A stretch of DNA of 64,000 nucleotides, from assembly GCA_963676835.2 (NCBI GenBank), contig CAXXFF010000002.1, positions 1,056,001-1,120,000 on the forward strand. Reading direction: 5' to 3'. Positions 50,102 through 59,708 of the stretch are shown here, piece by piece. The position numbers were made by a program, and so were the translations under genes. Position 1 is the first letter of the stretch. Each line of letters starts with the position of its first letter. Under the pieces are notes generated by a model. It saw only the letters and a list, made by a program, of their open reading frames with translations. It was not told the origin of the DNA and did not search any database. The stretch is from Marispirochaeta sp. Lineage in GTDB: Bacteria; Spirochaetota; Spirochaetia; JC444; Marispirochaetaceae.

Positions 50102-52078
50102 CTAGTCGAGACCTTCCAGTTCTTCGATCCAGAGCCTGGCATCCGCATCTGACGGCATGCGCCAGTCTCCACGGGGAGAGAGGGATATGGTTCCCACTTT
50201 GGGGCCGTCGGGAAGACAGGAACGCTTGAACTGCTGGGAGAAGAAACGGCGGTAGAAGCTTCTCAGCCATTTGAGTATTACTTCTCTGGAGTGTACCTCT
50301 GCAAATACGCTGTAGGCCAGGAGAAATACTTTCCGGGGGGCGGTTCCGCAGCGGACGGCATGGTAAAGGAAGAAGTCATGCAGTTCATAGGGGCCGATGG
50401 TATCCTCGGTCTTCTGGGCTATCTCTCCGTTTGCATCCGGGGGCAGCAGCTCCGGCGAAATGGGTGTGTCCACAATATCATGCAGGACAACTGCTGCTTC
50501 TGGAGTCGCCCAGGTTTCCGCCGCATAGCTGACCAGAAACTTCACCAGGGTTTTCGGTACTCCCGTATTAACAGCATACATGGACATATGGTCTCCATTG
50601 TAGGTACACCAGCCCAGAGCGAGTTCCGACAGGTCTCCCGTACCAATGACAATTCCGCCTACCATATTGGATTTGTTCATAAGGTGCATGGTCCGCTGAC
50701 GGGCCTGGACGTTTTCGTAAGCCGTATCTTCCGGGCGTCCGGAGTGGTTCAGATCCTGCAATTGGGTGGTGCAGATATCCCCGATGTTGATGGTTTCAAG
50801 GGGTACTCCCAGGGCCTTACTGAGTTTCTCGACATTCCCCAGGGTTCGGCCGCTGGTTCCGAATCCCGGCATGGTGTAGGCCTTGATACCGGAGATATCA
50901 AGCCCCGCCTCCCGGAAGGCTTCCACGGTAACCAGCAGGGCCAGGGTTGAGTCCAGGCCGCCGGAGAGGCCGATAACTACATTTTTACAGCCGATATGCA
51001 GGAGCCTGCTGGCAAGGCCGGCACTCTGTATTGCAAAAATCTCTCTGCAGCGGGCTTCCAGATCCGCCGAAACCGCCGGAACGAAGGGGTTGCGTGCCAG
51101 TCTTCGGTTCAGTTCCCCCGCAGATACCTGCGGAAGCTTTACAGCCACCTCTATGCGCCGGTAACGTGCTTCTGCAAGGTCCGCTCCCTGGCTGAAGGTG
51201 GTGGAATTAATTCTCTCGTGATTTATAAAATCGATGTCTATATCTGCTGTAAGCAGGGTACCTTCTCTGGAGAAACGTTCGCTCTCGGCTAAAACACCGC
51301 CGTTTTCCGCAATAATGCAATGTCCGCCGAAAACTGTGTCGGTGGTGGATTCACCTACCCCTGCAGAAGCATATACGTAGGCGGCAAGACAGCGGGCGGA
51401 CTGCTGGCGAATCAGTTCTCCCCGGTAGGCGGCCTTGCCGACCAGCTCGTTGCTGGCGGATGGGTTGAAAATTATCTGCGCCCCTGCAGTACTCTGGCTG
51501 CCGCTGGGAGGAGCGGGGGACCAGAGATCTTCACAGATCTCGATACCGAAGGTAATATCCAGGCCTGAATCCGGGGATAAACAGCTGAACAGCAGATCCG
51601 ATCCAAGGGGGATGGAGGTTCCGCCATAACGGATCTCCTCATTTTTAATCCTGCCTCCACCGGCAAACCAGCGGGACTCGTAGAATTCACGGTAGTTGGG
51701 GATAATTATTTTGGGCACAGCCCCATGGATTTTGCCGCCGCCGATAACCAGGGCACAGTTGAGGAGTCTGCCGTTAAATCGCAGCGGAAGTCCTATAATA
51801 AATATGCCCTGTATCTTTTTGGTGGCCTCTGCCAGGTATACCGCAGCGGTTTCCGCCGAGCGTAACAGGGAGTCCTGCTGAAAGAGATCGCTGCAGGTAT
51901 AGCCGGTTATTCCCAGTTCGGGAAACACGGTTATTCCAACCCCTGCTGCTGCACTTTCCTTCATCAGCTCCAGGGTGTTTTCACAGTTGAAAACTACCGC
52001 GCCGGGTTTTACCGGGGGAACCGCGGAGGCTGTACGAATATATCCAAAATCTGCTAATGATTCTTTGATGGCTGCCAT
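50102..52078 (-). CDS. nadE: Glutamine-dependent NAD+ synthetase
   Basis: Nitrilase domain (FPEL, PK, EICEDLW) plus SGGLDS, ENVQAR, GTGDLSE, QFKRSC. Confidence 0.96.
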   Translation of the reverse strand: MAAIKESLADFGYIRTASAVPPVKPGAVVFNCENTLELMKESAAAGVGITVFPELGITGYTCSDLFQQDSLLRSAETAAVYLAEATKKIQGIFIIGLPLRFNGRLLNCALVIGGGKIHGAVPKIIIPNYREFYESRWFAGGGRIKNEEIRYGGTSIPLGSDLLFSCLSPDSGLDITFGIEICEDLWSPAPPSGSQSTAGAQIIFNPSASNELVGKAAYRGELIRQQSARCLAAYVYASAGVGESTTDTVFGGHCIIAENGGVLAESERFSREGTLLTADIDIDFINHERINSTTFSQGADLAEARYRRIEVAVKLPQVSAGELNRRLARNPFVPAVSADLEARCREIFAIQSAGLASRLLHIGCKNVVIGLSGGLDSTLALLVTVEAFREAGLDISGIKAYTMPGFGTSGRTLGNVEKLSKALGVPLETINIGDICTTQLQDLNHSGRPEDTAYENVQARQRTMHLMNKSNMVGGIVIGTGDLSELALGWCTYNGDHMSMYAVNTGVPKTLVKFLVSYAAETWATPEAAVVLHDIVDTPISPELLPPDANGEIAQKTEDTIGPYELHDFFLYHAVRCGTAPRKVFLLAYSVFAEVHSREVILKWLRSFYRRFFSQQFKRSCLPDGPKVGTISLSPRGDWRMPSDADARLWIEELEGLD

Positions 52079-52236
52079 GAATGCATGATAGGATGGTGGG
52101 TGCCGGGAGGTCAAGTTTCCGGAAAGAGACAGATTTATGTGGTACCCTGTGGAGTGTTTCCTTTTTTTCAGACATCTGATAGTCTGTTTGCCAACCTTGA
52201 GTCGGCCTATGGCCGAGTAGCAAAGGAGTCGTATTG

Positions 52237-55200
52237 ATGCAGAACAGGATTTCTCCTGAGAACCTACAATATTTTTTATCTTTATATACCAGCATGTTTA
52301 CAGCCCGGGAAATAGACCGGATTGAAGAGAGTTACACCCAGCGGGGAGAAGCCTTTTTTCATGTTTCCGGCGCGGGACATGAGGCCATAGCTGCACTTGC
52401 GCAGCATCTTACTCCCGAAGACTGGCTTCACTGTCACTATCGGGATAAATCCCTGATGCTTGCCCGGGGCATGGATGCATCCATGTTCTTTCATGCACTC
52501 TTCAATAAAGATGCTTCCCACTCCCGTGGGCGCCAGATGAATGCTCATATGAGTGACCCGGCACTCAACATCCTCAGCCTGGTAGGCCCTGTGGGCAATT
52601 CGGGACTGCAGGCAGCCGGTGTAGCCCAGGCTGTGAAGGATAATGCAGGCAGTCCGGTTGTTCTCTGCTCTCTGGGGGATGGAATGAGCCAGCAGGGGGA
52701 TGTGCTGGAAGCTATTGCCCATTCTGTCCGGGCTGAGCTTCCGGTTCTCTATGTAATTCAGGATAACGGTTTTGCCATATCCACCCGTACCGGCGGCAAT
52801 ACCTTCTACCGTACTCCCGACGGACTGGCAGACAGCTTTTACGGTATCCCCATTACCCATTTCGACGGCCGTAACGCGGTGGAAGCCGACCGGGTTTTTA
52901 AAGAGACGGTTGAAAAGATGCGCAGCGATCGCCGCCCTGCTATTCTTATAATGCAGGTGGAGCGGCTTTCCAGCCATACCAATGCCGATGATCAGCGTGT
53001 TTACAGAAGCGAGGACGAGATTGAAGCAGCCCGCAGTACCGGTGATCCCGTGGCTATTTTGCGGGGACTTCTGCTTGAGGCAGGTGCTTCTGAGGATGAG
53101 TTTGAAGAGAAAGAGGCAGAAATACGCAAGGAGCTCGAACAGGCTGCCAGAGAGAGTCAGCTTGGACCTGAGCCTGCGGCGGTTCACGACGCAGTTAAGC
53201 CCTATCCGGAGAGCCTGAAGGCGGTTGGTGAGATAAGTGCCGTCGACGGTGAGGGTGATCCTCATACAATGATTGAAACCCTGAGGGAAACCCTTTCTAT
53301 GCGGATGGCCGATGATGAGCGGGTTATCCTTTTCGGTGAAGATATTGAAGACCCCAAAGGCGACGTTTTCGGCGTTACCCGGGGTCTTTCGCAAAAATAT
53401 CCCGGCAGGGTGATCAACTCCCCTCTGGCCGAAGCTTCCATTGCGGGAATATCCGGCGGACAGGCTCTGGCGGGAAAACGCCCGGTGGCTTTCCTGCAGT
53501 TTGCCGACTTCCTGCCCATCGCCTTCAACCAGATTATTTCCGAGCTGGGAAGTATGTACTGGAGAACCGACGGCGGCTGGGAGACGCCGGTAATTGTAAT
53601 GATCTCCTGCGGCGGCTATAAGCCCGGCCTGGGACCCTTTCATGCCCAGTCCATGGACGGCGTTGCGGTACATACCCCGGGTGTTGATGTTTTTATGCCC
53701 TCCCGGGCGGATGATGCGGCGGCCCTTCTGAATGCAGCCTTTGCATCGGAGCGGCCAACCCTCTTTTTCTATCCGAAAAATCTGCTGAACAGCCGTGATT
53801 TTGCCACAAAAAAAGATCCTGCCCAGCTGCTGCTCTCTCCCGGTAAAGCCCGGACTGTACGGGAAGGTTCTGATATTACCCTCATCGGCTGGGGAAACAC
53901 GGTGGTGCACTGTACCAGAGCTGCTGAATCCCTTGCCGCGGCCGGTGCTTCTGCGGAGGTTATTGACCTGAGAACCCTTGCTCCCTGGGACAAGGAGGCG
54001 GTTATTGCTTCTGCGTCCAAAACCGGCAAGGTAATCGTTGTTCATGAAGACAACCACAGCGCCGGCATGGGAGCTGAAGTTATCAGTACCATAGCGGAAG
54101 GCTGCAGTACTCCGGTGGAATGCCGCAGAGTAACCCGGGGCGATACCTTTGTTCCCTGTAACTTTGCCAACCAGCTTGAAGTTCTGCCAAGTTACAGCAG
54201 GGTACTTGAGGCTGCAGTGGATATGCTGGGCGGTTCTATTGTCTGGAAGAAAGAGGAAGATGAATCCGGCGAGCTCTATGGTCTTGAAGCTGTGGGCTCC
54301 AGTCCTTCCGATGAGGTTGCCACCATTATTGAATGGTTGGTGAAAGAGGGTGACTCCATTGAGGAAGGTCAGGAAGTTGCCGAACTCGAGGCGGATAAAG
54401 CCATGATCACCCTGTCCAGTCCGGTAGCCGGTGTTATCAGTTCCATCGATGTCCCCGATGGTGAGTCGGTGAATGTCGGTACGGTGATTGCAAAAGTCCG
54501 GCTTCCTCAAGGGTCGGTACGGATCAAACCTATTACCCGGGAAGAGCCGGGCACACCCGAAATCAGCGGCCTGAAAACCGGCCCCGCTGCTGCAGGTCCG
54601 GTGATGCAGACCGGAGCAGTGGCAGCCATTGCCGGTGTCCGCAGTTCTCTTGGCGGCAGATTGGTCTCCAATAAAGAGATTTCTGAACTCTGCCCCACCT
54701 GGAGTGAGGCAGACATAGTAAAGAGAACAGGTATACAGGAGCGTCACTGGGTTGGAGAAGGGGAGAATGCTGTAACCCTTACCACCGATGCCGCTTCGAA
54801 GTTGCTGGATGATATGAACATAGGTGTGGAAGAGATCGATCTGATAATCTGTTCCACCACAACTCCCTTTATGAATACTCCTGCTCTGGCAACCATGGTA
54901 CAGTATGAGCTGAATAAGAAATATGGAGCCGACTGCAGCTGTGCTGCCTACGATATAAATGCCGCCTGTTCAGGCTATGTCTACGGCTTGCAGATTGCCT
55001 ATGACTATCTGGCCCAGCGGCCGGCTGAGAAAGTGCTGGTGCTTACGGCGGATGTACTTTCCGACCGTATAGATACCGCAGATCCTTCCACTGCCCCGGT
55101 ATTCGGCGACGGTGCCAGTGCAAGCCTTGTGGTTGGATCAGGACTGATCGGATCAATAGGTAAACTTGAAGTTAAGCGGCCGGTGCTCTCTGCAAAGGGT

Positions 55201-55584
55201 GAAGACGGATCACTGCTGCGCATTCCGAAAGATCCCTCGGAACCGGTATTTATGGAAGGGCCAGAGGTTTTCCGCAAGGCGGTTTCCGCCATGGCAGAGA
55301 TTCTCAAGGATGCCTGCAAGGTTGCAGGAGTCAGTCCGGACGAGCTCGATCTGGTTGTTCCCCATCAGGCAAACCAGCGGATTATCGATGCGGTACGGCA
55401 GAAGCTCAGGGCGGATAAGAGCAAAGTTTACAGTCTTATTTCCGGCATCGGGAATATCTCCTCTTCAACCATTCCGTTCTGTCTGGAACGGCTGCTTGAA
55501 GAGAAACCGGAAACTGAGCTTCTCGGCCTTACAGCCTTCGGCGGCGGGTTTACCTTTGCCGGCGGAGTGTTGAAGAAAATCTGA
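52237..55584 (+). CDS. Fusion of 2-oxoacid dehydrogenase E1alpha, E1beta, lipoyl domain and beta-ketoacyl-ACP synthase III (FabH-like)
   Basis: GHEA, HYRD, GDG...QDN (ThDP), SHTNADD; GEDI, PLAE, QFADF, FHAQS, IDLRTL.PWD; ELEADKA lipoyl Lys; RTGI.ER, AACSG, FGDGA, PHQAN, GNISS. Confidence 0.93.
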   Translation: MQNRISPENLQYFLSLYTSMFTAREIDRIEESYTQRGEAFFHVSGAGHEAIAALAQHLTPEDWLHCHYRDKSLMLARGMDASMFFHALFNKDASHSRGRQMNAHMSDPALNILSLVGPVGNSGLQAAGVAQAVKDNAGSPVVLCSLGDGMSQQGDVLEAIAHSVRAELPVLYVIQDNGFAISTRTGGNTFYRTPDGLADSFYGIPITHFDGRNAVEADRVFKETVEKMRSDRRPAILIMQVERLSSHTNADDQRVYRSEDEIEAARSTGDPVAILRGLLLEAGASEDEFEEKEAEIRKELEQAARESQLGPEPAAVHDAVKPYPESLKAVGEISAVDGEGDPHTMIETLRETLSMRMADDERVILFGEDIEDPKGDVFGVTRGLSQKYPGRVINSPLAEASIAGISGGQALAGKRPVAFLQFADFLPIAFNQIISELGSMYWRTDGGWETPVIVMISCGGYKPGLGPFHAQSMDGVAVHTPGVDVFMPSRADDAAALLNAAFASERPTLFFYPKNLLNSRDFATKKDPAQLLLSPGKARTVREGSDITLIGWGNTVVHCTRAAESLAAAGASAEVIDLRTLAPWDKEAVIASASKTGKVIVVHEDNHSAGMGAEVISTIAEGCSTPVECRRVTRGDTFVPCNFANQLEVLPSYSRVLEAAVDMLGGSIVWKKEEDESGELYGLEAVGSSPSDEVATIIEWLVKEGDSIEEGQEVAELEADKAMITLSSPVAGVISSIDVPDGESVNVGTVIAKVRLPQGSVRIKPITREEPGTPEISGLKTGPAAAGPVMQTGAVAAIAGVRSSLGGRLVSNKEISELCPTWSEADIVKRTGIQERHWVGEGENAVTLTTDAASKLLDDMNIGVEEIDLIICSTTTPFMNTPALATMVQYELNKKYGADCSCAAYDINAACSGYVYGLQIAYDYLAQRPAEKVLVLTADVLSDRIDTADPSTAPVFGDGASASLVVGSGLIGSIGKLEVKRPVLSAKGEDGSLLRIPKDPSEPVFMEGPEVFRKAVSAMAEILKDACKVAGVSPDELDLVVPHQANQRIIDAVRQKLRADKSKVYSLISGIGNISSSTIPFCLERLLEEKPETELLGLTAFGGGFTFAGGVLKKI

Positions 55585-57426
55585 TTATTCTGAAGCTGCG
55601 GGCTGGAGATTCCGTATTATGCGGATCTCCTGCCTGGTGGCTCTGTGGCGTATTTTGAAGAAAAGTGTTTTGCTGCGTACATCGTAGACCCATCCGTCGC
55701 TGTAGCGCTGAAACTCCGGATCACTCTTCCATGGAATTCCATGCATCTGAATCTGGTCGAAGGGTTCAACATTAAACACCGCAAAATGGTGAATTCCGCC
55801 CTGGGGAAACTGAAATGAAAGCACCGAGGTATTTCCCGGCTGAAACCGTACATTTGCCGCGGTGGTCCACATCCACTCCCGGCCGGCACCGAGGTCGATA
55901 ACCCTGGGTGTATAGGATGACTCCCGGTACATTCTCAACAGATTCTCAAAGGTTTCCGGCTCCAGTACCGAAGCAGATTCCCTGGTGGCAAACTCTGTCA
56001 TTTCGTAGCCCGCAGGCATTCTGCCGTACTCACCGGAGGAGCGGACTGCAGAAAGGAGCAGCCCGTATCCGATGGAGCGGGTAAGGGAGTCTTCGCTTTC
56101 ATGCATCAGTTTCCCTGCCTTGACATTAACCCGGGTATCGCTTCCGTCTGCCAGGTGGATGCCGTAGCTGTCATCACCGGTGGGGCAGATTCTGGGCAGA
56201 AGAATTTCCCGTATAAGAAATCTGATTGCAGGGTTGTCAGTACTTCCCCGGTTCAGCAGGAACTCTCCTGCATTCAAGGCAAGAATCAATGCCCTATCGT
56301 CAGCGGGCTCTTCCAGGATGACTTTCTCGGCGGTCTCTTCCAGAGACTTCAGTGCTGCAGTTGCTTCGGGTGTTCCGGAGGCGATGAAAATTTCCAGCAG
56401 TTCCGGATCGGCAAAGACATCGGGGCTGCCGTCCACCGCAGCAGAAATGGTTTGTATGGTAAAGCTCCGGACTGAATCGCCGAAGGATTTCAGCGGATCA
56501 ACCACGGAACCGAGATAGAGGGCGCTGGTTCGGTCTATAAGCCGTGGACTGCCTTCGGCAAGGCGGTTTCTGGTCTGCAGGTAGGTTCCCCGGTACAGGG
56601 ATTCCAGCAGCATGGCAGACGCGGTGGTCCCTTCTCCGGGGGCATCTGCGGCGTATTCCCAGGAGCCCGCTGCTGCAAGCCAGCGCTCTTTGTTCCATCC
56701 CTGCCAGGCTGTTTCTGCCAGCCGGGCGAGGGCAGACTCGAGGGTATCTTTATTTCCGGGGAAGGGATGTATATCGAACCAGACCCGGATAAGGGATTCA
56801 TCATCTTTGGGATTGAGAAAGCGTACTTCCTGAGGCTCTGCTCTTCTGGGGATTGAAACCCTAGAGTCAGTTACCCGGGTGTAAGGACTGAAGGACGCCA
56901 CACCTCCGGAACTTCCGGTACGGGATGCCCTGAGTATCGGAAGGCCGGTATGGACGGAGGCTTCCGCTCCTGTCCAGGGCAGGCGAATACCGCTGATGGT
57001 CTCATCCTTCACTGCGCTGAAGTCGACACTCATGGTGTAGCCGGCACTGTCTGTATCAGATTCGTTTATGGTAAAGCTTATCCCCGACAGAAAAATAATT
57101 TTTATGGTACTGCTTGTCCGGTCAATTTTTGTTATCGAGGCCTGAGACTCACTTCCGTCGGCATGCACCAGCACTCCTGCGCCGTTTTCGGGAAAATCCA
57201 GAGAAAAGCTGCGGTACTTGAGGGTAAACGAACGGTAGGCTGCACCTTTTCCGGGCAGCAGACCTCCTGCGACCCCTGCTGTCTGCCGGGCGGAAATGCT
57301 CATCTCTCCCAGGGTATATCGTACCGGACGGGTTTCGCCGAATTCCCGGTAGAGAAGACCGCCGATAATGAGAGCATAGACAACAAGCACAAGATAGTAG
57401 GCCGGTTTTACCCTGGTTTCACGCAT
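55585..57426 (-). CDS. Hypothetical membrane-anchored protein
   Basis: 613-aa ORF with one N-terminal TM segment. Confidence 0.7.
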   Translation of the reverse strand: MRETRVKPAYYLVLVVYALIIGGLLYREFGETRPVRYTLGEMSISARQTAGVAGGLLPGKGAAYRSFTLKYRSFSLDFPENGAGVLVHADGSESQASITKIDRTSSTIKIIFLSGISFTINESDTDSAGYTMSVDFSAVKDETISGIRLPWTGAEASVHTGLPILRASRTGSSGGVASFSPYTRVTDSRVSIPRRAEPQEVRFLNPKDDESLIRVWFDIHPFPGNKDTLESALARLAETAWQGWNKERWLAAAGSWEYAADAPGEGTTASAMLLESLYRGTYLQTRNRLAEGSPRLIDRTSALYLGSVVDPLKSFGDSVRSFTIQTISAAVDGSPDVFADPELLEIFIASGTPEATAALKSLEETAEKVILEEPADDRALILALNAGEFLLNRGSTDNPAIRFLIREILLPRICPTGDDSYGIHLADGSDTRVNVKAGKLMHESEDSLTRSIGYGLLLSAVRSSGEYGRMPAGYEMTEFATRESASVLEPETFENLLRMYRESSYTPRVIDLGAGREWMWTTAANVRFQPGNTSVLSFQFPQGGIHHFAVFNVEPFDQIQMHGIPWKSDPEFQRYSDGWVYDVRSKTLFFKIRHRATRQEIRIIRNLQPAASE

Positions 57427-57470
57427 GGGCCGATTGTATCAGGGCCGTGATTGTGAGGCAAGGTGGATTT

Positions 57471-59642
57471 TTATTTATCCCGTGAGCCGTTGAGCAGCTG
57501 GTAGGTGAAGAAGAGCCGGGCAAGGGATGTGGATACCGTCTGTAAATCAGCAGGTTCCCTGCTGAGAGAGACGGCCTCCGGAAGGTCACTCAGGCCGAAT
57601 TCCTTGAGAACCCTGCTGCACCAGCTTACCAGTTTTCCGTGTTCTGCCCGGAGACAGAGTTCCTTAAGCTGCTCCGCCTGATCGAAGAAGGGCTGGAAGG
57701 AGCGGGCTTCTTCCATTATCAGTCTGAGACCGGCACCGGATTCACCGTTTTCCCTGCTGTAGATCCAGTCCAGTCTGGGGTTGTATTCATCCAGTGCTGC
57801 TGCCAGGGAGAGGATATTCTGCTGATGATATACACCACGTTCTGCAGGCACAATCTGAAACAGCCTGCTCAGGTACCGTGTCCGTTCTCCGGCTACCGAA
57901 AGAGCAACCATAATATCGAGAATAGCCCGGGTCGGGTGACCGGGAATGCTGAGTACTTTTTCGAGCTCCTCCGGGTTTGATGGATTTCCTGTCCGGGCCA
58001 GAGACTTGGCAGCAGCTGCAGATATCCTGGGATCCTTGCTGGAAAAGAGCCGGTTCAAAGCATCAACTCCGGCACTGTCCGGATAGGCTCCCAGGGCAAA
58101 AATCGCACTTTGCTGCTGGGGTGACTCTCGGTTTTCCGCTTCCCTGATAATAAGGGGAAGCAGTCCCGGGCGGGGATTGGTAAAAAGGGATATAAGAATC
58201 TGCTCTTTTTCCGGGGCAATGGGGTTGTCCAGTATCTGCCGCAACTGGGGTTCCGCGTGGGGGGTGGGCGCGTAGTTCAGTGCGGTGAGGATTGTCTGCC
58301 GCTTTACCGGGTTATCGGTAAGGTGGAAGTTGTATATATCCATAAAGGTTTTAAAGTTTCTCGGAGAGAAGATAATGTTCGCGGTTTCTCTCATCCCCAG
58401 GCTGCCGTAATCCCGCACCGAAAGAACCAGAATCAGTGAAAGCCCGCAGTAGGCGGCCCCGGCAAAAAAGGTGAGGGTATACGAGGAGCCTACAGGCAGG
58501 GATATCTTCTCATTCAGGTCGATCAGGATACCGCCAATGAGGCCGGTGAGAAAGGCAAAGAGGGCAGTGAGAAAGTTGAGGAGCGACATGAAGCTGATCT
58601 TGTCGTGGGAGGGAATCACATTAAGCACCAGCCGGGCAACCAGCTGGTAGGTGGCGGCCTGCAGAAAAGTTGTTGCAAAACCGAGGAGAAGAAAAACTCC
58701 CAGGGGAGAATTGTTCAGAATACCCCAGAGCAGGAAGGTAATGCCCTGGCCGATAAATGCTGCCAAAAGCAGGGGCTTTGAGCCTATGCTGTCCATAATG
58801 GGGCGCAGAAAAAGGCCGCTTACCATCATGCCGAAGGTTCCCACCACGGAGAAGAGAAAAACCATGTTCTGGGGGTAATCGGCAACCACCCGCAGAAAAG
58901 GAACAGCAAAACCGATAAGAACCGCCGCAGAGAGGCTGAAGCAGCGGATAAGAATAACCAGAATCTGTTCCCTGTTTTTTACCGCCCGGGCAAAAACCTT
59001 GATAAGGCTGTTTCCCTTCTGGTAGCGGCTCTTTTCTCTGAAAGGTATCTTCATTAAAAAGAGGGCTGCAATGGTATTGGCGAATATACCCAGGCCGATA
59101 AGAATCAGCAGACCGTTGAGGTTGTTGAAATAGGCGAAGGAGGTAAGACCGTAGCTGAGCAGCTGGCTGACCAGACGGGCGGACTGGTTGCTGATAAAAA
59201 GCTGGGCGACAAAGCGTCCCCTTGTTTCGGTGGTTACCAGCATCTGCTGTACCGGTTCCGCCATGGAGGCGCCTATTATACGGAAAATACAGAATACCGC
59301 GTAGACTGCCAGGATGATTGCAACAGCCGTCTGCCCCCGGGTGAAGAGAACCAGAAAATAGAAAAGACTGGCGGCTCCCCGGAACATCCAGGATGCGTAA
59401 AACATCTTGTTCAGGTTGATTTCATTGCTTATACGGGGAAGGATCAGCACCACCAGCCCTGCAATATGAACGGCGGAAGAAATAAAGCCCAGCTCGGTGT
59501 TGGTGGGATTGAACTGCAGCGCCAGCAGATAAATGATGGTTTCCGCAAGGAATCCGTATCCGAGGCCGTTGAATAGTGCATGTCCCAGCATAAGCCGGGA
59601 GCCCCGCTCCCGCTCTTCCCGGGTAAGGAAATCAGTTATCAT
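57471..59642 (-). CDS. MFS transporter with C-terminal HEAT-like repeats
   Basis: About 12 TM segments, then AIFALG and AAAKSLARTG helical repeats. Confidence 0.8.
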   Translation of the reverse strand: MITDFLTREERERGSRLMLGHALFNGLGYGFLAETIIYLLALQFNPTNTELGFISSAVHIAGLVVLILPRISNEINLNKMFYASWMFRGAASLFYFLVLFTRGQTAVAIILAVYAVFCIFRIIGASMAEPVQQMLVTTETRGRFVAQLFISNQSARLVSQLLSYGLTSFAYFNNLNGLLILIGLGIFANTIAALFLMKIPFREKSRYQKGNSLIKVFARAVKNREQILVILIRCFSLSAAVLIGFAVPFLRVVADYPQNMVFLFSVVGTFGMMVSGLFLRPIMDSIGSKPLLLAAFIGQGITFLLWGILNNSPLGVFLLLGFATTFLQAATYQLVARLVLNVIPSHDKISFMSLLNFLTALFAFLTGLIGGILIDLNEKISLPVGSSYTLTFFAGAAYCGLSLILVLSVRDYGSLGMRETANIIFSPRNFKTFMDIYNFHLTDNPVKRQTILTALNYAPTPHAEPQLRQILDNPIAPEKEQILISLFTNPRPGLLPLIIREAENRESPQQQSAIFALGAYPDSAGVDALNRLFSSKDPRISAAAAKSLARTGNPSNPEELEKVLSIPGHPTRAILDIMVALSVAGERTRYLSRLFQIVPAERGVYHQQNILSLAAALDEYNPRLDWIYSRENGESGAGLRLIMEEARSFQPFFDQAEQLKELCLRAEHGKLVSWCSRVLKEFGLSDLPEAVSLSREPADLQTVSTSLARLFFTYQLLNGSRDK

Positions 59643-59657
59643 TCTAAGAGTATAATC

Positions 59658-59697
59658 TATCCGTGGAGCCGTTGCATTGCAACGGCTCCACGGATAA
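59658..59697. terminator. Long palindrome, probable terminator
   Basis: TATCCGTGGAGCCGTTGC-att-GCAACGGCTCCACGGATA. Confidence 0.65.
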
Positions 59698-59708
59698 GAA
59701 TCAACTAA

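Noticed and set aside
52282..54747. 821-aa antisense ORF
   Set aside because: Shadow of the E1-lipoyl-FabH gene; no recognisable motifs, and explained by codon bias on the opposite strand.
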